Both the position numbers and the translations under genes were made by a program. From assembly GCF_018977255.1 (NCBI RefSeq), contig NW_024704743.1, positions 81,160,001 to 81,224,000 on the forward strand: DNA of 64,000 bases. The letters are read 5' to 3'. Source of the DNA: Callorhinchus milii. Lineage: Eukaryota. Shown piece after piece: positions 11,916 through 24,440 of this stretch; within the stretch, counting starts at the first letter, position 1, and each line of letters opens with the position of its first letter. Below the pieces are notes generated by a model. It ran no database searches, was not told where the DNA came from, and saw only the letters and a list, made by a program, of their open reading frames with translations.

Positions 11916-13324
11916 GTAAGAGTGTTCCTCACTACAGTATTTATGAAAGCAGTTCAGCGATCAGCCTCCCCTTTTCTCTGTCTGTATATGGATATTAAAT
12001 TGGCTTTTTAGTTTCCCTATAGACGAGGCAACACTGTATTCTTACTGAGTGAATCTATTTTTTTCCATCAAGTCCTAACAACAGCCTATGTTTGAAGTGT
12101 TGCACTCAATGTCCTGTTAATATGTAGTATGTGGGTGGTTGTTGGTGCATCATTTTAGAGAATCAGAGCAATGCATTTGCATTACAAAGTTACTATTTGT
12201 AACCTCAGAAGAAATTGTTTTTTTTTAACGATGGGCTAAAATGGTAGTGAACTGCTTTATTATTCACGTTTCCCCCTCTTTGTTATTTGCAAAGGCTGAA
12301 AACAAGATCGACTGTTGCTGATTTTTGTTTTTATTGAAAGAAATGAGTTGCTGACTGTTGTTTTTAAACAACGGTTTGTTATGGAAAAATATTGGACAAA
12401 GTCACTTTGTTTGTTTCTGACGTTGTGATAATACTTTGTCCAGGTAGGAGCAGCCCATCTGCAAGGGCTTTGCTCACTGGGATGAGGACATGCCTACAAG
12501 TGGAGGCATTGAAAGTACAGCCTGCAATCTCCCTGCTGGCTGAGCAACTAGGACCACCTTACCCACCAGGGCTTTGGTCTGTAGGGTTAAAATCAGCTGA
12601 GTGGGAGGAATCCCAATCCTCAATGTCTTGTCTGCCACTCCAAGTCCTCCTAATGAGTCAAGCTGGCCTGTCTGTGATCAACTGGATACTGCTGTTCCAC
12701 TTGACATTGGAATTGGATCTCCACAGAAGGTTGTCAATTCTGAAATCCCGTTGCACAATACTTTGAGCCAATCTAGCCCCAAAGATACCCTGCTTACTTC
12801 TCTCCTTCCTCCACTAGGCGTTAGTGGTCATTTGACATCGGGCAAGTGTAGGTTTGTGGTTAGCAGTTACGAGGAATTTTCCTCGATCAATAAAATGAGA
12901 ACCAGATCTTAAAAAATATCCTCAATTCTAAGTCTCATTGATGAGCTCGACAGGCACATCAGTATTGTCTTGGACCGCTGCTGACCAGTCTTTATCAGGT
13001 TTGGCTTCCCCACAGAGCACCTGGATCGCTCTCCTCTCCCGTGAGGATATTTCTCAGACCCAGTACTCATTATACTGATCTCAAAAAGGGGAATGGAGGA
13101 ATTGACCCATCTAGATTAGAATCCTAAACCTTCTGGTCTTAAGTGCTTTGTGATGAACAAACAGTTAAAATTGTGATGCTTTTTCTTCTGCCACAAACAG
13201 AATTCAAGTTGGCCAAGTGTTTATCAGTCAATGCGTTGTTCTTTTAGAAAGTAAAATGGAAGATTTTTTTGTTTCCGTTTCCATGCAGTTTTACTATAAT
13301 TGTTTTCATTTACTATAATTGTTC

Positions 13325-13878
13325 TTGACCGCAGGCACCGAGACCCTCATACACACATTCATAACATCCAGGCTCAACTCCTCCCTCCATAGGCTGCAGA
13401 TCATCCAGAACTCTGCAGCCCGTGTCCTCTCCTGCACCAGGCTCTGTGGCCCTATCACCCTGATCCTCACTGACTCCACTGGCTTCTTATCACACAGAGG
13501 ATACAGTTCAAGATCCTGATCCTCACATTCAAAGCCCCCCATGGCCTCGCTCCTCCCTACCTCTGCAACCTTCTAAGCCCCTACCAACCTGCCTGTTCCC
13601 TCCGTTCAGTGGGCTCCAGTCTGCTAGGAGTCCCTCACCCACCCCACTGTTGGTGGGCGGGCCTTCTGCCACTCTACCCCCACCCTCTGGAACTCCATCC
13701 CGCAGTCACTCCGCTTGCCCTTGCCTCCTTCAAGAATGTCTCAAGATCCTCCTCTTCAACTGTGCCTTCAGCCACCCTCCTTCCTCCACCCTGCCCTCCA
13801 CCCTCCCCGATCCCAACCCCCAGCTTGGACTGAAACACTGCGACTGTAGAGCGCCTTGGGATGCCCTCCCGACGTGAA
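13325..13878 (+). mobile_element. Older L2 3' fragment; its tail resumes at ~14693-14722
   Basis: [27 protein letters not shown] similarity; degenerate L2 3' end. Confidence 0.85.
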
Positions 13879-13880
13879 CG

Positions 13881-14692
13881 GTCAGGAACCTCGGCGTTTT
13901 GTTCGACCCTGAGCTGTCCTTTCTCCCTCACATCCGCACCACAACTGGCACCGCCTTCCATCACCTCCGGAACATCGCCAGACTACGGCATTACCTCACC
14001 CCTCACGCGGCTGAAACCCTGGTTCACGCCTTTGTCACCTCAAGGCTGGACTATGGGAACTCTCTCCTCGCCGGCCTTCCCGCCACCTCCCTCCACAAGC
14101 TGCAGGTCATTCAGAACTCTGCAGCTCGTGTACTGTCCCGCACCAGGCTTCGTGACCACATCACTCCCACCCTCGCTCGCCTCCACTGGCTCCCCATCCA
14201 CCAGAGGATTGACTTCAAGATCCTCATCCTCACCTACAAGGCCATTCACGGCCTTGCTCCCTCCTACCTCTCCAACCTACTATCCCCCTACCTACCTGCC
14301 CGTACCCTCCGTTCCTCTGGCTCCGGTCTGCTCCACGTCCCCCGCCCCAACCGCCCTACCATCGGTGGTCGGGCCTTCAGCCTCTCAGCCCCCAGGCTCT
14401 GGAACTCCATCCCCAGTGCCTTCGCCTTGCTTCCTCCCTTTCCTCCTTCAAGGCTGGTCTCAAAACCTTTCTCTTTGACCGTGCCTTCAGCTCCCCTCTC
14501 GACTCTCTTCCCCCTCCTCGCTCCCTCCCTTCCCTCCCCTCACCCTGACCATTTCCCCCCTCCTCGCCCCCTCCCCTCCCCTGACCATTTCCCCCCTGCT
14601 CGGGTCATGACCCAACTGTGCAGCGCCTTGGGACGTCCTCCTGACGTGAAAGGCGCTTTATAAATGGAATCTTGTTGTTGTTGTTGTTGTTG
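13881..14692 (+). mobile_element. Young L2 3' fragment of the same subfamily (intron 1)
   Basis: ORF 13899-14663 nearly identical to the C-terminal part of the 58.5 kb copy; (TTG)n tail. Confidence 0.95.
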
Positions 14693-15739
14693 AATGTTGC
14701 TATGCAAATGTGTTGTTGTTGTTCATTATATGTGTCTGATAGGTGCTGATCTAGGAAGTTATGCTTTGATCCAGAGGCCTGACTGTCCGGTCACCACTAC
14801 ATGCAAATTATACAGGGTGCACTGTAATTCAGTGGTAATGTTCTACAGCCCCTTATGACTTTGTTGCTGACAGTGTGGCTGAAGTAAGTCACAAATTTAT
14901 GATACTGTATTAATCCTAGAATACTGGAGTTGGGGGCAGCCAACTCTACAGGAATAAATTACAGTATAAAGATAGCCAGTAACCATATCCCCTTATTCAA
15001 GTTCTTCCAGTGGATCAATTGTGTAAAGATGCTGTCTCACGTAAAGCCTTGCTACACTGTTTATACAGCTGAACTTGATCTTATCCTCCCCCAATGTCCT
15101 CAAAAGGTGCCCTTTGCAGAAGATAATTAATCTAGTAAAGTGACTTTCGCTTCCTTAAACCAGAGATGTTGTGACAAGTTGAAGCTTCCAAGTCCAACCC
15201 TTGCTGAATTGGCCAGAGGAGCCACATTTCCTCCTCTGTCTCTCGGTGGGGTAGAATATTAATTTAAGCTTATGTGAGTGATGTGAATGCGTGTGTGGAG
15301 GGAATTGCAGATGTCCTTAATTATGTTATTAACCACAGAAAGGGGATTTGGGAATCCTTTTTATTAGTTGAGGTAACCTGAAATTAATTCCCTCTGAACA
15401 TTGGGACTTGGGACTAACTATTAGTCTTAGCTGACACTTTTAGCAGTTATGGGGACGTGCTGTGTTGTTGGAGGTGCTGCCTTTGTATGAAACATTAAAC
15501 TGAGGGCTTGTTCAGGTGGACGTTAAAGATCCCATGGCACTATTTGAAAAGAGAAAGGAGTTTATCCGGATGTCCTGACTAACAATCCCTCAAAGAAAAT
15601 TGTTCATACACTTCACCCCTATTTGTGGGACATTGCTGCACGCTAATTGGCTGTCACGTTTGCCTACAAAATACATGGTTACTACAGTTTACAGTAAATC
15701 CTGTGAAGTGCTTTGGGCCGGCCTTCTAGACTCACAAAG

Positions 15740-16049
15740 GGCTTCACAGAATATACTGTAAAGTGAATTGACCGTATAATTTGTGGGTGAAGCGCAGCAG
15801 CCAATTGCTCACAGCAGTGTCCCACAAATAGTCGTGCACTGAAGTGACCAATTTATTATTTTTTTGAAAGAATTATTACCCCGGGAAAAACAATCTGCCA
15901 ATCAACTGACAGCCAGGTTCCTATGTACTGCTAGGCAAACAGAGGCGTGTGGAGTAAGGAAACTTGACCAACATTTTGTCCTGCTGGGACTCGAACCCAG
16001 GTCTCTCGCTTGCGAAGCGAGTGCTCTGACCCCTGAACTACAGGATTCC
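15740..16049 (-). mobile_element. tRNA-headed DeuSINE, long form, tail lost
   Basis: Reverse complement of the same family. Confidence 0.85.
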
Positions 16050-19000
16050 ATATAAATATACAGTTCATATAGCACCTTTCACATGAGGAGGATATCTCAA
16101 AGTGCTTGACAAAGCTGAATGGGCATCTGAGCTGGGGGTGAGACATGAGGAGGAGGGGAAAAAATGACCAAAAAGTGCAGTCAAAGCAGTACATTTTAAA
16201 TAGCTTATTACTGAAGTACTTGATGTCCAGCTGCACCCATAGAAAAAGCACTTGAAGAGGTAACATGGGAGGTTCTGTATTAGGAGAAAGCTACCAACTT
16301 GAGGAGAGAGGAAGGGTAAGGGAGGGAAGAGGTATGCAGAAGTGAAATTAAAGCAGCAGATGAATTTCACCTGCTTGGGGATAATGAAACTTAAAAGAAG
16401 AGCAGGAAGGAAACTTGAACAGCATCCTCTTTAATTTTCATCCTACATTCCTGTCGATTTGGTCAGGACACACAGCTATTCAACTCACAGATTGGCAGGG
16501 ATGGCGCTATCTGTGCTTCAAGGTTATTCACTAATGTGTTTAGTGAGTGAGTATTTGATCAAGTACAATCAGGATACTACCTATTTATCTGGAAGATTAA
16601 GATAGGGAAGTGCTCAAAATGGACTAGCATTAGAAATAGGAGCAGACTTGAAGAGAGATCAGAATCTGATTTTTAAATCAGATTTTCTTTGGATAAGCAA
16701 AATGAAGAGAAAGTAAAATCATCAGCTCTAGAGAAGTTAGCTAGTTGTGTGATAATAACATACATAAAAGCACAGCCTCATCTACTATGCATTGATTTGG
16801 CATAAGTAACGTTTCTCACTGTACTTCAAGTGTCACATATTTTTACGAAATAAATGAATTATAAATTCACACAGCTGATCAGGAACCTGAGCTGGGGGGT
16901 GGGAGAGCTGAGGAGGAGGTCATGGTTGAAAATATAGGTCTTAAGACAGGCTTTAAAATTAGGGATGGAGGAGGCCAGGCAGAGGAAGTCTGGGAGGGAA
17001 CTGTAGAGAGCGAGAGCAGAACGGCAAAAGCTTGCCCACTAATGGTAGCTTGGAGAGGGCAGGGGACATAATGCATGTCACTGTTAGCAGAACCCACATT
17101 TCTAAAGGAGGGAAAAGCAAAGAAATTGAGAAGCACTCTGTTATCTTAACATTCTTTGTCCCTTGTAAGGTCAATAATTTTGTGCATTTAATTTTTTCTA
17201 GTATTTTATTACTGTTATGATGAATATTTATTTCATAATTTAGTTCTTAAAATCCATTAGGAAAATGTTGGCTTCATAACATTTTAGGGTTGGTAGGAGG
17301 AGCAGACAGTCATGTTCCAAATAGTGCTGATCCTTAATAATGTATTTAGGCAATATTTTAACTCACTACAGGTTGTAGAAATAAACTATAATAAATATAA
17401 AATGTTCTCTCTTTCATTACCGTTCATCAGTAAATCATTATTTTATTTTCTCCTCTTTGGATGCTGCCCATTGACATCCAATTGTTTGTGGGATCAGATG
17501 TACAGAATTATTACACGCATCTCTGGCAGTATTCCCATAACTTAAATCAGCAAAGTGGTGCTTACCTGATGCAGGCTAGAAGGAGGAATTAATCAATAAT
17601 GAAATTAAGGATATTCATTACCAGATACTACAGCAACAACTTGCATTTATATAGTGCCTTTCACGCGGGATAGGGCACCTAAAGGTAGACTTAGTCAATA
17701 GGAATACTGTACTTTCTATTAAATGGGTGTTTGTTCCCTGCCAATCTCCCCACCGCCCCTTCCCCCTATGACCACTCCCCTATTTTAAATTTGGGTGTTC
17801 TATTCTAAAACTCCTGGGCTGGCTGCATCCTTTTTATCTGTTTTGTTTCATCATTCAATTGGATGTGTTGAAGGGAGGAAAAAAGTTCATTTTAAGTAAA
17901 CTTTTATTGGAGTTCTGTGGCCAACAATTTCTTACAAATGGGAGCTGGGCAGGAAGAATTGAGTTACTAGTCCCCTACACTTATGCTGCTCCATTCCACT
18001 CCCCACCCCACCCCCACCCCCCCATTCTCCTAGTATCATTCTCATCCCTTCATCAGACCTCTCAGAATGCATTGCGTAAATTTCAGCCCAATCGACTAGC
18101 AATGCTCCAGGTTGCTCCATGGTCTGTGCAGAGTTGTTCTTATTTGCAATAGCAGTACAGACTGTTGGCCTCAGTGCCATTTGGCTGGGGAAAATTCCCA
18201 GTCCTGATGATTCTTACCAGCTTTTACGGAAATGGAATTCTCCCTGGAAAATGCCTTGTTTCTTGTGTATATGAAGCATTTTCAGCACTTGTAGAATTAA
18301 AGTTTTAAGTGTGTATTAGCTTGTGGCACAGAACCACATACTCTTATCTGTAAAATGAACCCAGAAAAAGAAAGTAGCCTTATCCTATTCGGGCAGCAAC
18401 ATAATTGTTGTCATGGAAATGCTGAACACTCTTGTTAAAGCTTTCTGCAAGGATAGGTTCTTCACAGATGTTCACAGCTGCAGAATTGATAAACAGCCCG
18501 TATTGAATGAAGGACAGCCTAAAATGTGAAAGACATTGTGTTGTGACTCAGTGGTGGTGGAACCGTTCCCAATTAGCTTTTTTCTGTATTGTACTCAACA
18601 CTGCCTATTTGTACTTTATAAATCCAAGGTCTGCCTTGCTTCAAGTGTCCACTAAAGTGACTGCTTCATTTTTTAATGGGAAGCTCTGAGAGAGTGCTTT
18701 TGTCAAACTTGCACTACCATAAGTAGCAACAACATTTTTTAAAAGAGAAGACTTTGAGAGAAAGCAAATTTATTTAAAGTTTAATGAAATGGTTAGTAGA
18801 ACTAGAACTGAACTTCATTCGAATCAGGTCAGAACAGCTTAAAGGTGAACTGAGAGCAATCTAGTAAGAATGATGCAAGTGGCATAAGGGTCAAACGGAA
18901 GACTTTTTAAAAAAAAAAGTTTGAAAATGCATTAATGAGCGTAAAATTTAGAAAAACAAAATTAATTGGGTGAGAGAAAACAATCAAATATATGTGGAAG

Positions 19001-19479
19001 TTAAAGAATAACACAAGCATTGTTTTACCTATTATAATAGTAATTAATAGTTATGATAATCACATCACTAAGTGTCAAAATGCTTTAAAAGAGAATTGTG
19101 AAAAACAAGTTCAATTTAAAATAGCAGCTTTGGATCTGTTTTACTGAAATCTGCCCATTTTGATCTCAGATTTTAACGGCAGCAGAAGAGGTTTGCGAGA
19201 CCGAGTGCGGTAATAATAATCCTTGCATTTGATATAGCGCTTTTCACGTCTTCTCGACGTCTCAAAGCGCTTCACGGAATATACTGTAAAGTGAATTGAC
19301 TGTATATTTGTGGATGAATATTTGTGGGGTAATGACAGGAATGACTAAGGTTGGATGATTGTACAGATGGGAAAAACGCTATGTAAAGATGCTATTTAAA
19401 AGTGTGTTTTAAAGGCTGAGGTAATAGGAAATTAATGAAGCTCTGAACATTTTTAAAAAAAATATGTGAGATTTCTGAA

Positions 19480-19780
19480 GATGGGAAATGCAACTCCATT
19501 ATTTAAGAATGTGTTGGGGGACAAAACAGTAGATCAGTTGATTTGACAGCAGTTATAGGGAGATCTATGAAACAATTCTTAGAGATTAAATAAGGAACAG
19601 AATGCCTTGAAAAGCATGGCTTGATAAAGGGCAGCCAACACTGATTCAGCAAAGGGAGGTCATGCCTGACTAACTTGTTGGAGTGTTTTCGAAGATAATA
19701 TCTGCTATGGTGAGCCAGCAAGATGCTGTGGATGTTTTTTGCTCAGATTTCCAATATGCACTTGAGAATTTTCACATTTT
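19480..19780 (+). mobile_element. Old CR1 RT fragment (similar remnants at ~31790-32000 and ~38600-38865)
   Basis: Resembles the CR1 at 49.1-49.45 kb (ggtcatgcctgactaacttgttggag). Confidence 0.6.
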
Positions 19781-19789
19781 GAGATTATA

Positions 19790-20780
19790 CAACAACTTGC
19801 ACTTGTATAGTGCCCTCCATGCATCAGAGTGCTTAACAGTGGGGGAGCCTGGGGTAGGGAAGGTGGCCATAAGCACCGTCGAAGAGGAAGTGCTTTCAGG
19901 TGGGACTTGAAAAAGGGGAGAGAGGGGGCACGGCGGAGGGATTGAGGGAGAGTGTTCCAGACTTTCAGGGCGTAGTCTGATGGAAGTTGCGAGGGGCGAG
20001 CAGGAGGCCAGTGCCAGTCAAGCGGAGGCACCGGGTGGTGGATTGGGGAGTGAGGAGGTTGGAGAGGTAGGGAGGTGCCAAAGAGTGAAGGTATTTGAAC
20101 ACAAATCTGAGGATTTTGAAGTTGATCTGTTTGGTGATGGGGAGCCAGTGGAGCCTGGCCAGAATTGATGAGATGTGGGTATGGAGGTCCGGGTCAGTAT
20201 GTGGGGGCAGAGTTCTGAATGATCTGGATCTTTTGAATAGTGGAGCTAAGGAGACCAGCGAGGAGTGAGTTTGAGTAATTCAGGCGGAAGGTGACAAACA
20301 CATGCACAAGGGTTTCAGCTGTATTTGGGGTAAGGTACATTCGGAGGTAGACAATGTGGCGGAGGTGGAAGAAGGCGGTCCGGATGTGGGGGGGAGGAAG
20401 GGCAGCTGGGGGTCAAACCGGGCACCTAGATTATGCACTGGTTCAGTGAGTGTGAGGGAGAACCCAGGGAGGTTGAGGAGTTCAGATCTTCAGAAGTGAA
20501 GATGTCGACAGGAGCCAAGCAGTATGGCTTTCATCTTGTCTACATTCAGCTGCAAGGCCCTGATGTCTGCCAGACCAGCTGATAGAACATAAGCGGACCT
20601 AGAGTTGGTACTGGAGAAGGCAAAGTAAATTTGTGTCATATAGACGTTTATCTCGTGTCTGCGGATGACATTGCCCAGAGAGAGCATATAGATATGGAAA
20701 AGAAGAGGGCCAAAGATGGAGCCCTGGGGTACCCCGCAGGTGACCGGGCAGGGGCAGGAGGAGAAACAATTTGCCAAGAA
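19790..20780 (-). mobile_element. Old L2 fragment
   Basis: GVPQGSIFGPLLF and LQLNVDK on the minus strand; L2 tail near 19790. Confidence 0.8.
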
Positions 20781-21709
20781 TATATCCTGTGGTAAGTTAA
20801 TGAAGTGGGTGTAAGGAAGAGTGTTGTAAAGGAAATTAGCTGAGACACCCATCCAACTGGGTGGATTCTGAAGAAACTGTGACCGTGAGGTATGGTAATG
20901 ATAGTCGGGTGGCGGGGCGGGGTGAATGGATGGATGAATGACATGTATTTTTTACTATGTTGAACCATCTCAGAGCGCTTCAAATGTAATTGCTATTAAG
21001 TATAGTGATTGATATGAATGACCATTTAATGTGGAGAAATATTTGCTCAGACACTGGTAGACCCCTACCCCCACTTTGTTGATTAGTGTATTGGATAAGT
21101 GCAATTTCACTTCATGACTGTTTGCTGTGCACAAAATGAGTCCCCAAAATAAGAATTGCAGAATGGTTTAATCATCATGTATTTATAGCAATCCCCGGGT
21201 GTACTCAGCAATAAACTGTCTGCACACCAGTCTAGTACGTCTTCCTGTGTCCTTGCTGTATGTTCAGGACATGGGAGGAGTTTAACCTTTTGCACTCTGA
21301 CTCTTTTTTGCTTATCACAGAACAGAAATTTATGTGGGTAAGGGGATAGGAGAGGAAATGTTTCCTCATTGTTGCTCTTAAAGCCATTATGGTACACTTC
21401 AAAGAGGTTTTGGAAAAAGATGTTTAACCTTGGTAGACCGTTTCATTACAAGACACTTTACTGATACTTTGCTCTTCATTTCACTCAATGAGTGTAGTGT
21501 TATTCTAATTTTGCTGTATAGTTATATGGATAAGGTGGACATCAATCAAATTGGATACACATGCTAGGTTAGGGGAATGTACGTTAACGTGTACTAGGAT
21601 AGAGGAATGTGTGTTACAAAGTGCTAGGATAGCTTAAACCTATTTGATGAATTTTCCCTTCTTCTGGAGTACTGTTCTACAGATGCTGTGCACCCTCCTT
21701 ATTTATCAA

Positions 21710-22715
21710 CAGCGACAACAACTTGGATTTATATAGCACCTTCCACGTCGGACGGCATCTCAGAGTGCTTCACAATAACAGATCCCGGGACCGAGCCAGG
21801 GGGAGGGGGCGGAAGGTGACCAAAGGCGCGGTCAAAAAGGAAGGTCTTCAGCCGAGACCTGAAAATAGGAAGAGTGGGGGCGAGGTGAAGGAGTGAGGAA
21901 GAGAGTTCCAGAGCCTCGGGGTGTAGTGGCTGAAAGCCCGGTCGCCAATGGTGGAGCAGAGGATTCGGGGGACAAGGAGGAGGCCAGACCCAGTGTTGCG
22001 AAGGCAACGGGCACTGTTGTGAGGAGAGAGGAGGTCAGAGAGGTAGGGGGGTGCAGAGGAGTGTAAGGATTTGAAGACAAGGGTGAGGATCTTGAAGTCA
22101 ATCCTCTCTGGGACAGGCAGCCAGTGCAGTCTGGCAAGGACGGGGTAATTGGGGAGCGGAGTTCAGTGTGGGTAAGAATGCGGGCGGCAGAGTTTTGGAT
22201 GACTTGGATTTTATGAATGGTAGTGGAGGGGAGACCGGCGTGGAGGGCATTTGAATAGTCCAGGCGAGAGGTGACAAAAGCATGGACCAGGGTTTCAGCA
22301 GCTTTTGGAGGGAGGTGTTGGCGGAGATGGGTGATGCGTTGGAGGTGGAAGAAAGCGATGCTGGTGAGAGACCGGATGTGGGGGAGGAAAGATAATTGTG
22401 GATCGAACCTGACGCCCAGGTTGCGTACCGGTTCGGAGAGTTTTAGGGGGAGGTCGGGTAGGTGGAGGAGGTGAGAACCATGAGATTTTAGACGTTGACG
22501 AGAACCAAAAGGTATGGCTTCCGTCTTGTCAACGTTCAACTGAAGGAACTTCACCCTCATCCAGCTCCTGATGTCCGTCAGGCAGGCTGACAGAACATCA
22601 GGGGACTGGGGGGTTGCAAAGAGAGGTGGAAAAATAGAGTTGGTTGTCATCCACATGCGTGTGGAAGTGTACTCCATGTCTGCGGATGACATCCCCAAGG
22701 GGGAGCATATAGATT
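21710..22715 (-). mobile_element. Degenerate L2 fragment
   Basis: ORF 21832-22698 (-): [36 protein letters not shown]. Confidence 0.9.
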
Positions 22716-23029
22716 AGGTCTATCTAGACCAAGTAGCAATTATTTGCATGTGAACCTTGACAATGAGTGTCAACAGGCTATTTGACTGCAGCGGGTAGCA
22801 CCACAGCCGTCATCTGACATCCTCACACAGGTGGCATTTTCCACTAGGGTATGCTGGATACCAATCAGAAGCAGGAACATTGCTTATTTTACCCCTTCCT
22901 ACTGATCAATTGTATCTGAACTGCAGCTCGGTTGAGATCAACTATCTCAGTATAGCTTGGGATGTGACCCTGCAAATCTCTAGTCTGTTCTTGATTCTGT
23001 GGTGCCTTTACCCATCAGGTTATCCACAC

Positions 23030-23830
23030 CAACAAATTACATTTGTATAGTGCCTTTCACATTGGGAGGCCATCCCGAGGTGCTGGATAGTCAGAGATTT
23101 GGACCCGATTGGGGGGAGGTGGGGGAGGTATGGGAAGGAGGATGGCCGAAAGCCCGGTTGAAACTGTATCAGAGATCAAGCTTACAGAATGATCACTTGC
23201 TGTTACAGGCTAACCCAGTGTACTCACAAGCTGAAACTACAGTACATTAAGCCCTGGCTAGCTGGACAAATGGGTGGAGGGCTATCCGGTCTAGCTCAGA
23301 TGCATGTTTTGAAGGAGGCAAGGGAGGGAGCAAGGTGAAGGGAATATGGAGTGGAGTTCCAAAGGGTGGGGGGGGCAAAGAGGCTAAAGGCACGACCACC
23401 AATGGTGGAGCGGGCAGAGCGGGATACATGGAGCAGTCCAGAGTTTGCTGAGCGGAGGAAGTGGACAGTTTGATATGGGGTTAGCAGGTCACAGAGATAG
23501 GAAGGAGCAGGCGTGGAGGTGAGGACAAGGAATTTGAACTCTTATCCTCTGGTTGATGGGGAGCCACTGAAGTCGGTGAGGATGGGGGTGATGGACTCAT
23601 GGAGCCTGGTGCGGAAAAGGACATGAACTGCAGAGTTCTGATGATCTTCAGCTTGTGGAGGGAAGAGTTGGGAAGGCTGACAAGCAGGGAGTTGATGTTG
23701 TTGAACCCATATGTAATAATAAATGTGCAGATGATCTTTTCGGTTGCCTGAGGGGAGAGGCAGCAGCTGAGTTGGGCAATGTTGCGGAGATGGGTGAAGG
23801 CAGAGTGGATCATCGCATGAATTTGGAGTT
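23030..23830 (-). mobile_element. Old L2 fragment carrying a 140 bp non-LINE insert
   Basis: AFTHLRNIAQL..LPNSSLHKL on the minus strand; L2 tail near 23030. Confidence 0.8.
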
Positions 23831-24126
23831 GCTATCAAAGGAGTTCCTCTGAGAAAATTTAAAGATATGACCTTGTGATGGTTCACCAACCAACCCCTCT
23901 CTCAAATTTCTACCTTATTTTCTGAAAGTGATAAACTGTGCTGTATTGCTGTTCTACTAACCTTCTCTAGTGCATTGTGGTATTCATGTTATAAAGAATT
24001 TGACTTTAACAATTATCCACAACTGTGTAATTTTAAGGGTATTTTTCATGTACATGTGGCAAGCATGGACATGCAGTCCGGTATGGATACTCTTTGAGCA
24101 ATGGGATGGGTTTCTGCATGGGTTTC

Positions 24127-24440
24127 TGTGGAGTCCTGTAGCATAGCGGTTAGAGCACTCGCCTCGCAAGCAAGAGGACCTGTATTTAATTCCTGGAACC
24201 TGGTTGTTAGTTGATTGACAGATCGCTTTTCCTGGGGCTAAAATCCCTTCAATAAATAAATAACAATAATTTGGTCACTCAATCCACGAATGTTTGTGGG
24301 ACACTGCTGTGTGCAATTGGCTGCTGCGTTTCGCCCACAAAATATACACTCAATTCATTTTACACTATATTCTGTGAAGCACTTTGAGACGTCTCGAAGA
24401 CGTGATAAGGCGCTATATCAGATGCAAGGATTACTATTAT
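24127..24440 (+). mobile_element. tRNA-headed DeuSINE with internal deletion
   Basis: Head, partial centre, Deu segment and tail present. Confidence 0.85.

Noticed and set aside
12392..12912. 124 aa and 103 aa ORFs in intron 1
   Set aside because: Non-ATG starts, no recognisable domain, length expected by chance.
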